The notes under the pieces: generated by a model
What the model was told of the DNA's origin: nothing
Seen by the model: only the letters and a program-made list of their open reading frames with translations
Database searches by the model: none
In this document: one piece after another, positions 39,390 through 46,946 of the stretch
How positions within the stretch are numbered: position 1 is the stretch's first letter
Layout: each line of letters starts with the position of its first letter
Source: a virus
Virus record (IMG/VR): IMGVR_UViG_3300010885_020782
Coordinates: 63,376-127,375 of that record
Length of the DNA: 64,000 nt
Strand: one strand, 5' to 3'
Made by a program: the position numbers and the translations under genes

Positions 39390-39664
39390 CGGTCCCCTCT
39401 CAGCGCTTGCCGTTGTTCAACGGTCATGCCTCCCCACACCCCGTATTGCTCGGGGACATTGAGTGCGTGCTCAAGGCACGCCGTTCTCACTGGGCACGCC
39501 CCACATACTGCGAGCGCTCTCGATTCGCGGGCCGCTTTCTCGGGGCCCCGTTGACCGTGTTCGAGAAAAAATATTTCAGTGTCTTCATCTTTACACAGGC
39601 CGTGTTCTTGCCATGCATAAAAGTCAGCGGTTGGTTTAAGTCTTTCGATAATTTTTGTGTCCAT
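39377..39664 (-). CDS. whiB: WhiB-family Fe-S transcription factor (WhiB3/WhiD-like), leaderless
   Basis: WQEHGLC..FF..GQRG..C..CPV...CLEHAL..E.YGVWGG; TTGACA (39695-700)-N17-TACCGT (39672-77), 7 nt before ATG. Confidence 0.92.
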   Translation of the reverse strand: MDTKIIERLKPTADFYAWQEHGLCKDEDTEIFFLEHGQRGPEKAARESRALAVCGACPVRTACLEHALNVPEQYGVWGGMTVEQRQALRGDRWDS

Positions 39665-39719
39665 GGCAGCAACGGTACAAGCAGCGCTCGTCGTTGTCAA
39701 GTGGTGGTGGTGGTGGCGG

Positions 39720-40640
39720 AGGTTTCAGTGGCGGCGGGCCGTTTGTCAAAAAGTTATTTGGAAGTTCACTTTCGCATCGGAGATGCGAAAGCAGTCTACT
39801 CCCCAGGCAAGCCGTTGTCAAGTTTTTCTAAGCGTGGCTCAGAAGACGGTTGGCCGCCAGGTAGACATCACAACAACTTATTAATTCACGGTTGGTCCCA
39901 CAAGTCCCGTTGGTCCGACCGGTCCTGGTACCAACATCTCAACAACTTAAATTTTCACAGCAGCATCTGGAGCATCGGTTAATACTCAGTCGGACGTCTG
40001 GTCCCTCGACATCTCAATAACTCGAACGGTTCACCTGGCAGCATCACGGTTCGTTCCATCATGTGGGTTGGTCCCACTCGTCACAATAACTTCAGCGGTT
40101 GACTACAGCACTGTCGAGGCAGCGGTTAAATATATACAGCGTCCCCATCTACCAGGCCGCTCTTCGTCCAGGCCGCCTTTGAGTTTTTACTTTTTACTAG
40201 CGGTTGACTCAACCCAGGAATCTGGAGAAGTAATAAACAGCAGCGAGCATCACGGTCACGCCGCTTATGAGTTTAATCACATCAAGCACGGTTATCCTCC
40301 AAGCCGCTCTGTGTATACGGTTAGAACTAAGGGTGTACGAATCTTACGGTTATATGAACGTTACTGCACCGGCGCAGCGGTCAACTTCACAACAACTTCC
40401 TTACGCGGGCCGCTCTTCAGCGGCAAGCCGTTCTTCTCTTTTGACTGCACATTGGGGGCACACGGTTAATGACTTGTCATACGCCTCGCCGCACCAGAAG
40501 CAATCGGTTAATACGGTTTCCATCTTGGGTCCTTACTTTTTACTTTTTACTTTTTACTCTTACGACACGCCGTCGTTTCGATTTGACATCAATACGTTAT
40601 CTTAGTAGGCTAGGTTCTTGCCAAGCCTACTTAGATAACT
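39720..40640. repeat. Non-coding kilobase with about 70-bp degenerate periodicity and clustered motifs
   Basis: 15-mer copies at 39865, 39934, 40009, 40078 (spacing 69/75/69); over 15 CGGTT/CGGTC; (TTTTTAC)x3; palindromes at about 39769-39790 and 40596-40639. Confidence 0.7.
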
Positions 40641-40791
40641 ATTTACTTTTTATATGGTTGAACAGTTCAAGGGCTTCGTTAGCGCGAGCCGTTACGCGGA
40701 TATGTTCTTCCCTGGTCTTTGACAACGGAATATCTTCTTGAAGTCTTTCCGCCAGGCGGGCCGCCAACTCCTCTAAGTTATTTTGTTCCAT
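40639..40791 (-). CDS. Small helical protein (50 aa)
   Basis: Manual translation MEQNNLEELAARLAE..TREEHIRVTARANEAL; SD GAGGAG. Confidence 0.65.
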   Translation of the reverse strand: MEQNNLEELAARLAERLQEDIPLSKTREEHIRVTARANEALELFNHIKSK

Positions 40792-41707
40792 CGGTTGGCT
40801 CCTCGCCGTTTAAATTGTTTGAGTCCTCCATGACCACTTCAGCCTCAATAACTTTTACATCTACAAGGCTGGCCGCTTTCCGTTGGGCAGCATCAGCGAG
40901 CCGTTGCAATCTTTCAGCCACGATGTCTTTGGCGGGCCGAACCTCAAGAACTCCACCTACATCAACTTCCACGCCACCTCTTACACCAGCACGGTCAAGT
41001 ATCTCGGTTGAGGCTTTAAGGCGGACTGGTTCTGACTGAGCGGTATCCATCAACTCTTCAAGAACATCAACGGCTGCGCTCGCAGATTGCTTTAACTTCT
41101 GGCGTGCCCACTCGACATCTGCTCCTGGCCGACGGTTAGTTCGTAGATGGATGCGACACAAGCCGTCATCCTTTGGACGCCCGCTCGACCATAACATACA
41201 GCGGATGCCGTCGGTCTTGACAATTCGGCATCGGTGAGGTAGACTGGAAGGTGCACGGTTTTTACTTTTTACTACCTTGCCGTTTTCCTCGTCAACGAAT
41301 AGACGGGTTGCACCAAGTACCCAAGGTGGTGTAACCTTGCAAGCAGCCTCATCTACCAAGAGGTCGAGGCCCGTTAAGAAGTCTGAGTTGTTTTTAGTTG
41401 GGTCGGTTAGAAGTGCTCGCTTCTCGGAAAGGCTTTGGAGGCGACGCTCTTTCAGTGCTTCCTGGGAACGCCCTGCAATCAAACCCGTTGGTCGTCCTAG
41501 TTGGTCATAAACTGTGTCCCACTGCAAGCCCGCGGCGCGAAGCGCTCTGCGGTTATCTGCTGTGTCTTCGACGATGCCGCGTTCGTGCTCAAGGAGTCCG
41601 AGGGCTGAGAGGTCGGGTCGGTAATCATATGGGGTATCGAGGTCAGGAAGTTTAGAGGTTGGGTCTTCCTCTTCGCGCTCGCCAAATAGGTCAATCTCGG
41701 TTGCCAT
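40778..41707 (-). CDS. Terminase small subunit-like protein
   Basis: Cys/His cluster CR..K.DG.RC..LCRIH and AVDVLEELM..VRLKASTEILDRAG, as in actinophage TerS-like proteins. Confidence 0.5.
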   Translation of the reverse strand: MATEIDLFGEREEEDPTSKLPDLDTPYDYRPDLSALGLLEHERGIVEDTADNRRALRAAGLQWDTVYDQLGRPTGLIAGRSQEALKERRLQSLSEKRALLTDPTKNNSDFLTGLDLLVDEAACKVTPPWVLGATRLFVDEENGKVVKSKNRAPSSLPHRCRIVKTDGIRCMLWSSGRPKDDGLCRIHLRTNRRPGADVEWARQKLKQSASAAVDVLEELMDTAQSEPVRLKASTEILDRAGVRGGVEVDVGGVLEVRPAKDIVAERLQRLADAAQRKAASLVDVKVIEAEVVMEDSNNLNGEEPTDGTK

Positions 41708-41740
41708 TAGTTTTTACTTTTTACTTTCGGTTAAGGACGA

Positions 41741-41786
41741 ACAGCCCTCAGAATATATATTTGAATATTTTTTATCTGAGGGCTGT
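41741..41786. terminator. 12-bp inverted repeat with AT-rich loop
   Basis: ACAGCCCTCAGA/TCTGAGGGCTGT downstream of the holin-like gene. Confidence 0.55.
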
Positions 41787-41808
41787 CGCCACATCTTGAA
41801 GAAGTTGT

Positions 41809-42102
41809 TTACTTCTTCTTTGGGGCCGCGGTCTTTTTCTTCGCTGCTGCCTTTACAATTTTTTTCGATACGTCGGCTGCTGCTGCTTCTGCGATGCGGC
41901 CAAACGCTGGGTCCTTCTTGTTGACAAATCGCAATGCGACTGGTACAAGGGACGCCCATAGAGCGTTTGCTACGAGTAGCCACTCACTAGAACCGAAGTC
42001 TAGAGGGGTTGAAATTCCTGAAGTTTGTGTGACAATAATCACAGCGCCAATAACTTGACCTGCAAGGTTTCTGACGTATGACTCAATCATTGCTTTATTC
42101 AT
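41809..42102 (-). CDS. Holin-like membrane protein
   Basis: Two hydrophobic segments and a Lys-rich tail (ESYVR..N.KDPAFG). Confidence 0.65.
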   Translation of the reverse strand: MNKAMIESYVRNLAGQVIGAVIIVTQTSGISTPLDFGSSEWLLVANALWASLVPVALRFVNKKDPAFGRIAEAAAADVSKKIVKAAAKKKTAAPKKK

Positions 42103-42422
42103 CTTTGTGTTTCTCCTCGCGGAGGATTTTGGAAGGACTCCGCATTACATCACAATGTAGCATATATGATGGCAAAAGATTTTTTGGAAAACGGTGTTAT
42201 ATAGTCACCCTTGTATAAACAAGGAACTGATTTGAGCGTAAAATCCTAGGTAAAACTATAGTTCTATTGTATAGAAAATATTATTCCGACACGCCCGAAA
42301 AACTGTTTCCTGATAGGTGTTTTTCATAGTTCTCTTTGGACTCTTCGGCACAGGGTTGGCAGATAACTCCGTGGGTCACGAAATTGTCAGCGGTCTTGGT
42401 GACCATACAACGACAACAAGTT

Positions 42423-42752
42423 CTAGGATTTTTTGAAATCATCGCTAGTAATCTTTCTCTCAATATCACGATAGTCTTTTTCGTCAAGTGGTTTATGGTC
42501 GTTTTCTCGGATTAAATCTATAGCATGACGAAGTCCTAAACTATAGAGATTTTCATTGGTGCCATCAAAGGCTTCTTCCCAATTCTTGACTTTATCCATC
42601 AGTTCATTAACTTTGGTTTCCTGCCAAGTATCAAGTGCTTCTACAATGAACTTCATTAAATCAGGGACAGCATTAGGTTCAATCTCTCGACTCATCATCA
42701 TTGACTGAAGTTGGCTGGCAATAACATCTTCAAGTTGTTTTCTGTTCATCAT
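42423..42752 (-). CDS. Hypothetical protein
   Basis: ORF track; coupled. Confidence 0.7.
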   Translation of the reverse strand: MMNRKQLEDVIASQLQSMMMSREIEPNAVPDLMKFIVEALDTWQETKVNELMDKVKNWEEAFDGTNENLYSLGLRHAIDLIRENDHKPLDEKDYRDIERKITSDDFKKS

Positions 42753-43243
42753 AACTCCTTAGTTCCTTCTCGGCAGTCTTGGCAGAGTAGTGCATGGTAG
42801 ATAGGCTTTGGCGGTTCACCAGGTCTACGCTCTGGAATTCCATCATAGATAATTCCTTCAGGGCTAACAACACAGGGTGCAGTTGGACCCTCTTCTTTAC
42901 AGCGAGCACAGACACTTGGGACAGTCCACTCAACGGTGGCTCCCTTTTCTATTGCACTTTGCATTCCAAGAATCAAGGCGTGACGCTTTCCATTTCCAAT
43001 AGTCTTTCGGACAAATGGTCTGGTATCTGTTGACTTGATAACTTCAACAAGTTTTTTACACTCACAGTTGAATCTTGGTGGCTGGCAAGTATGGGCTTGC
43101 AACTCCTCGGTCCAAGTATGTCGTCCGCTAGCATGACCGCAAATACAGATTTTGTCGTTCTTCTGTCGGGTCTGCTTTAGAGCGGCATTTAGTTCTGCCA
43201 ACTCCTTCAGGTCTAACCCCGTTCTCTCTAGGGGATTACTCAT
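42749..43243 (-). CDS. Cys/His-rich zinc-binding protein
   Basis: CICGH..H..C..C.C, C..C pairs. Confidence 0.75.
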   Translation of the reverse strand: MSNPLERTGLDLKELAELNAALKQTRQKNDKICICGHASGRHTWTEELQAHTCQPPRFNCECKKLVEVIKSTDTRPFVRKTIGNGKRHALILGMQSAIEKGATVEWTVPSVCARCKEEGPTAPCVVSPEGIIYDGIPERRPGEPPKPIYHALLCQDCREGTKEL

Positions 43244-43463
43244 CGTCTTCTCCCATCTCTTTGCGTAACCGTTTGGTTATGTCTTTAAAATCTTCTTCGG
43301 TCTTAATCTGTTCAGTCACATGGTCTATGAACATATCAACCATTGCTCGACGCTTCTGCCGTTCTCTATAGTTTTTGATATAGATAGCATTAAGTGTCCC
43401 CACTACTGCCATCAAATAAATTACAATAAAATCTAAAACTGTCAATGAGAACTTTAGAGTCAC
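43236..43463 (-). CDS. Small membrane-anchored protein
   Basis: ORF track; N-terminal TM. Confidence 0.7.
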   Translation of the reverse strand: MTLKFSLTVLDFIVIYLMAVVGTLNAIYIKNYRERQKRRAMVDMFIDHVTEQIKTEEDFKDITKRLRKEMGEDDE

Positions 43464-43681
43464 TTCTTCTCCTCAGTTAGAATCCCTGAATCTACAAAAT
43501 GCTCAACCACAGCAGTCGCATCTGCCACAGAGATTTCAACCCACTTCAAATAATCTTCACCTGTAGGTAAACGATTTGGGAACCATCTCTTCATCAGAGC
43601 ATAAGCGGCTTCCTCAACCAACTGTCGCTTTAAGGTTTCAGGAAAACCCCCACCTTCAATAACTTGTAACTCAGTTGTCAT
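43460..43681 (-). CDS. Hypothetical protein
   Basis: ORF track; coupled. Confidence 0.7.
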   Translation of the reverse strand: MTTELQVIEGGGFPETLKRQLVEEAAYALMKRWFPNRLPTGEDYLKWVEISVADATAVVEHFVDSGILTEEKK

Positions 43682-43907
43682 CTGTCTCTCCTTCTCTATC
43701 TATTCTTTCCGACCATTCGTCAATTGCATCTGGTGGAGTTCCTATACTTAGTTTTGCTTTACACGAATAACAAAATCCTTTTGTTCCCCACATTGAAATT
43801 GTGTAAGTATCTGGGTTGAGTTTTATTGGAGCCATCAACCAATCACAACCACATCTAGGGCAGACAGAAGTTGGTATCCCTCTGGCATCAAGATAGTCGT
43901 CAGTCAC
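43671..43907 (-). CDS. Small zinc-ribbon protein (G.PT.VCPRCG..C.SC)
   Basis: Recognisable actinophage small family. Confidence 0.7.
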   Translation of the reverse strand: MTDDYLDARGIPTSVCPRCGCDWLMAPIKLNPDTYTISMWGTKGFCYSCKAKLSIGTPPDAIDEWSERIDREGETDDN

Positions 43908-44271
43908 ATTGTCTCTCCTTCATTTGACTTCATTCTATATCCCTCAAATCTAATCTGTCTATTCCTCAATAGTATAACATAACTAATTTTTATACACTAT
44001 ACACAATACAACAAAAACAAACTAATAAAGCGTGACGCGTATGTATATTTTTTCCGCGGTGTAGTATTTATTAATATGTATTAATATATTTATGTATTGT
44101 ATTTTAGTGGACCTAGCAAGAAATATCTACCTCAAAGTATAAAATCCTTGTTAGTAACCTATCATATAAGTTCATATATAAGCCGTCTAATGTAGACCAT
44201 TTTTGACATAAAGAAACCCCTAAAAAAGGAGATACTAGCAAGATTTTTAGGGGGATACTAGCAAGAAAAAA

Positions 44272-44925
44272 CTAGTCGGCTCTGTAAACAATTTCCTTGT
44301 TATGGCCTACTCGGACTAGGGGGTCAACCCAAATTTTGAATCCAGCCTTCTGCGCTTTGACACACCAAGAGTAGTCTTCCCCATAGTTGACGACCATTCC
44401 GTTCTCCATCACAAAACTTTCAGCCCCAAACCAAGGTCGGTCAATTTTCTCAAAGACCCCTGCTTTCATAGCCACAAATCCGAATCCTACACCAGATACC
44501 TCAAGTGGCAAGGTATGTAGCATAAACTCGACCTTGTTCACCCTAGTTGGTAATCCGTTTTCGTTAGGGTAGGAAACTGCCACACTTCCAGCAAGGTCGG
44601 TGGCGTAGATGCCAGAAACAATTTCTAACTCACTTACATATATCTTTAGGAAGTCTTCAGGGTTCCAGCCCATATCTGAATCAATCCAGAAAATCTTATT
44701 ATATGAGACTCCCTTATAAATCTCATTTGAATCCCAGACGTGACTTCCCTGACCTAAAGCAGTGAACTCTCTTGCATGGGGAACATAACTGGAGTAGGCA
44801 TTTGAAAGCACAAAACTAATACCCTCACGGTTTAACATTTCAACTGTTCGCATCAAACTATCAACATAAGAAGCGTGCATTGAATGACCAGGGGTTGCAA
44901 TAATTACATCATAATGTTTTCTCAT
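44272..44925 (-). CDS. GT-A fold glycosyltransferase-like protein
   Basis: IATP, WIDSD, G.GF...K..VF, GEDYSWC..GFKIWVDP..VGH. Confidence 0.8.
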   Translation of the reverse strand: MRKHYDVIIATPGHSMHASYVDSLMRTVEMLNREGISFVLSNAYSSYVPHAREFTALGQGSHVWDSNEIYKGVSYNKIFWIDSDMGWNPEDFLKIYVSELEIVSGIYATDLAGSVAVSYPNENGLPTRVNKVEFMLHTLPLEVSGVGFGFVAMKAGVFEKIDRPWFGAESFVMENGMVVNYGEDYSWCVKAQKAGFKIWVDPLVRVGHNKEIVYRAD

Positions 44926-44962
44926 AGCCGTTTTAGTCTACCTTACCTGTTAGGATTTTCCT

Positions 44963-45157
44963 ATGTTTGACTTGAATCTGAAGTGTAGTTGGGACGACTG
45001 CCCAAAGCACTTCCGCACACAGGTCAACGGAGAAGGAACAATTGTACTGACTTGGTCGAAGAAAGTCTATTACTTCTACGCCACAGACTGCCTTGCATTT
45101 TGGGCAGCCAACTTCCCAATGAATCACATATTAGTAGGAAAGGCATCCGATGAGTAA
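44963..45157 (+). CDS. Small hypothetical protein
   Basis: ORF track. Confidence 0.55.
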   Translation: MFDLNLKCSWDDCPKHFRTQVNGEGTIVLTWSKKVYYFYATDCLAFWAANFPMNHILVGKASDE

Positions 45158-45434
45158 AGATAGTAGTAACCCAATGTTCCCAGACCTCAACGGCATTGTT
45201 GAAGAGTTGATGACTCTTAACGGTTGGAATGTTGACGACAACCCCATTGAATTTGATAAGAACAGAGACGACTCACAGATTTCTATTCTGCAAGATGAAG
45301 TAGCGCAGATACTCAAAGTCATTGAAAAACACTATAAAGTTGAGCCTATCGAGTGTCTAGAGTGTGGCGGTAAAGATGTTTTGGTTGTCGCTCACACCTG
45401 TACAATAGACTTAGCAATTCAGTCAGAAGACTAA
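45150..45434 (+). CDS. Hypothetical protein
   Basis: ORF track. Confidence 0.6.
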   Translation: MSKDSSNPMFPDLNGIVEELMTLNGWNVDDNPIEFDKNRDDSQISILQDEVAQILKVIEKHYKVEPIECLECGGKDVLVVAHTCTIDLAIQSED

Positions 45435-45447
45435 ATAAGGAGAATAT

Positions 45448-46227
45448 ATGGCCGCCGCTCAAGGTACCGCAGCCCGTTTTATTGAGGTTGCAACAGCAGA
45501 AGTCGGAACTATCGAAGGTCCGAAAGATAATCAAACAAAGTATGGCGCTTTTACAAAAGCAAATTTCCAAGCATGGTGCGGAAGTTTCGTAATGTGGTGC
45601 GCTAACGAATCTGGCGTAAAGGTTCCAAACACAGTTTATACACCAGCAGGTGCAGACGGTTTTAAAAAGATGAAGCGTTGGTATGACAATGACGGAACAA
45701 ATGTTCCAGAGCCAGGCGATGTCATTTATTTTGATTTCCCAGGAGACGGCGTTGACCGGATTAGTCACGTTGGTATTGTTGCAAAGGTAGATGCAAAGGC
45801 TGGAATTGCCATCTGTATTGAAGGAAATACCGCAGGAAACCCAAAGGGAGACCAGCGAAATGGCGGAGAGTGTTGCAAGAAAGAACGCGCATTCCGCAAG
45901 AACAATGCAAAGAAACTTCTTAATGGAGTTGTCGGTTGGGGTCGTCCAGACTTCGCTGCATCATCTGCAAATCCAGTAGAACCAAAGGTTGCTAAAGCAC
46001 CTGTTACTGACCCACTTGTTTATCCTGGCGAAACTATTGACCCAGGCGAATCAGGTGTTCACGTCAAAACAGTTCAGCAAAAACTTCAGGTTCCAAAGCC
46101 AGATGGTGTTTATGGTCCTGTTACTAAGAAAGCAGTAATTGCATTCCAGAAAGCAAATCCAAAACTTGGTGCTGCTGATGGCGTTGTTGGTCCAAAAACT
46201 TGGGCCGCTATTATTAAACTAAAGTAA
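45448..46227 (+). CDS. Endolysin: CHAP amidase plus C-terminal PG-binding domain
   Basis: AWCGSFV, PGDVIYFD..SHVGIV..IEGNT; DGVYGPVT..AVIAFQ..DGVVGPKTW. Confidence 0.9.
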   Translation: MAAAQGTAARFIEVATAEVGTIEGPKDNQTKYGAFTKANFQAWCGSFVMWCANESGVKVPNTVYTPAGADGFKKMKRWYDNDGTNVPEPGDVIYFDFPGDGVDRISHVGIVAKVDAKAGIAICIEGNTAGNPKGDQRNGGECCKKERAFRKNNAKKLLNGVVGWGRPDFAASSANPVEPKVAKAPVTDPLVYPGETIDPGESGVHVKTVQQKLQVPKPDGVYGPVTKKAVIAFQKANPKLGAADGVVGPKTWAAIIKLK

Positions 46228-46302
46228 ATAGAGTTATAGAGTAGTGGGTTGTTTTTTCCTCAACCGTTTCTTCAACCCACTACTTTATACATTGAGGACA
46301 CA

Positions 46303-46629
46303 ATGATTTATTTGTCAGGACCTATGACTGGTTATCCAGAATTTAATTACCCTGCATTTAGAAAAGCAGCAAAAGTTTTACGCAATTATGGTTTTAAAGT
46401 TTTTGACCCATCAGAATGTTTTGGTGGTGACATAAATCTTCCTAAAGAAGTTTATATGAAAACAGATATCAAGGCTGTTCTTGAAGCAGACCTTGTAGTT
46501 ACACTTGAAGGGTGGCAAGACTCCTCTGGGGCTAAACTAGAGGTTGAGGTTGCACAAGCGTGCGGAATCCCTGTAACTACATATGATATGTTCATCACTT
46601 CAACTGAAGAGTATTCACGAAGGGGCTAA
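46303..46629 (+). CDS. DUF4406 / nucleoside 2-deoxyribosyltransferase-like protein
   Basis: IYLSGPMTG.P.FNYPAF..GW..S.GA.LE..A. Confidence 0.85.
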   Translation: MIYLSGPMTGYPEFNYPAFRKAAKVLRNYGFKVFDPSECFGGDINLPKEVYMKTDIKAVLEADLVVTLEGWQDSSGAKLEVEVAQACGIPVTTYDMFITSTEEYSRRG

Positions 46630-46631
46630 CA

Positions 46632-46862
46632 ATGGAAAGTGATTACACATCTATTTCTTGGAGCACTTATGAACAAGAACGCTCTAGAATTGAATATGAA
46701 ACGCGACTTAAAATTGCTGAAGGTATACAAAGGAAAGTTAACATTGTGCGTGAGAGTGGGCTCTCAAGAGATTTGTTATATGGACTTGAGATAGCAAAGA
46801 CAATCGTGTTAGATATAAACACCTCAGACAACGACGCGACAGAACAACCTACACTCCTGTAA
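46632..46862 (+). CDS. Hypothetical protein
   Basis: ORF track. Confidence 0.6.
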   Translation: MESDYTSISWSTYEQERSRIEYETRLKIAEGIQRKVNIVRESGLSRDLLYGLEIAKTIVLDINTSDNDATEQPTLL

Positions 46863-46946
46863 GTTGCTGTAAGATTTGTTTCTAGGGTTTAACACCGTAG
46901 GACGAAATACAAATTATTAATCAACTTTATTAAAGGGAGTCTTTAT

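Larger units (their letters stand above)
12012..40398. repeat. Dispersed 15-bp motif AC(T/A)TCNNAA(C/T)AACTT, about 18 copies
   Basis: Starts: 12012, 13132, 16619, 16933, 21470, 21797, 22905, 23273, 24849, 36934, 37053, 37100, 39751, 39865, 39934, 40009, 40078 (degenerate), 40384. Confidence 0.85.
11957..41724. repeat. Dispersed 14-bp motif (TTTTTAC)x2 / GTAAAAAGTAAAAA, 26 exact loci
   Basis: Exact starts: 11957, 12609, 13098, 14843, 15189, 18427, 19529, 20817, 21518, 21844, 22950, 23320, 24895, 25506, 26413, 29025, 29811, 30229, 31195, 31712, 36977, 37015, 40184, 40537 (x3 units), 41259, 41711. One mismatch at 16671, 16975, 17756. Confidence 0.95.

Noticed and set aside
39636-39884. Poly-Pro / poly-Trp ORFs upstream of whiB
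   Set aside because: Artefacts of a (CCA)n tract next to the whiB -35; no SD, and they overlap the promoter.
39845-40110. Possible CRISPR mini-array (regularly spaced repeats)
   Set aside because: The repeat is only 15 bp and degenerate, the spacers share words (CGGTT, GGTCC), the same motif is dispersed at promoters, and there are no cas genes.
11957-41724. Heptamer pair as a sequencing or homopolymer artefact
   Set aside because: It occupies a fixed position in junctions, preserves reading frames inside CDSs and is regionally confined.
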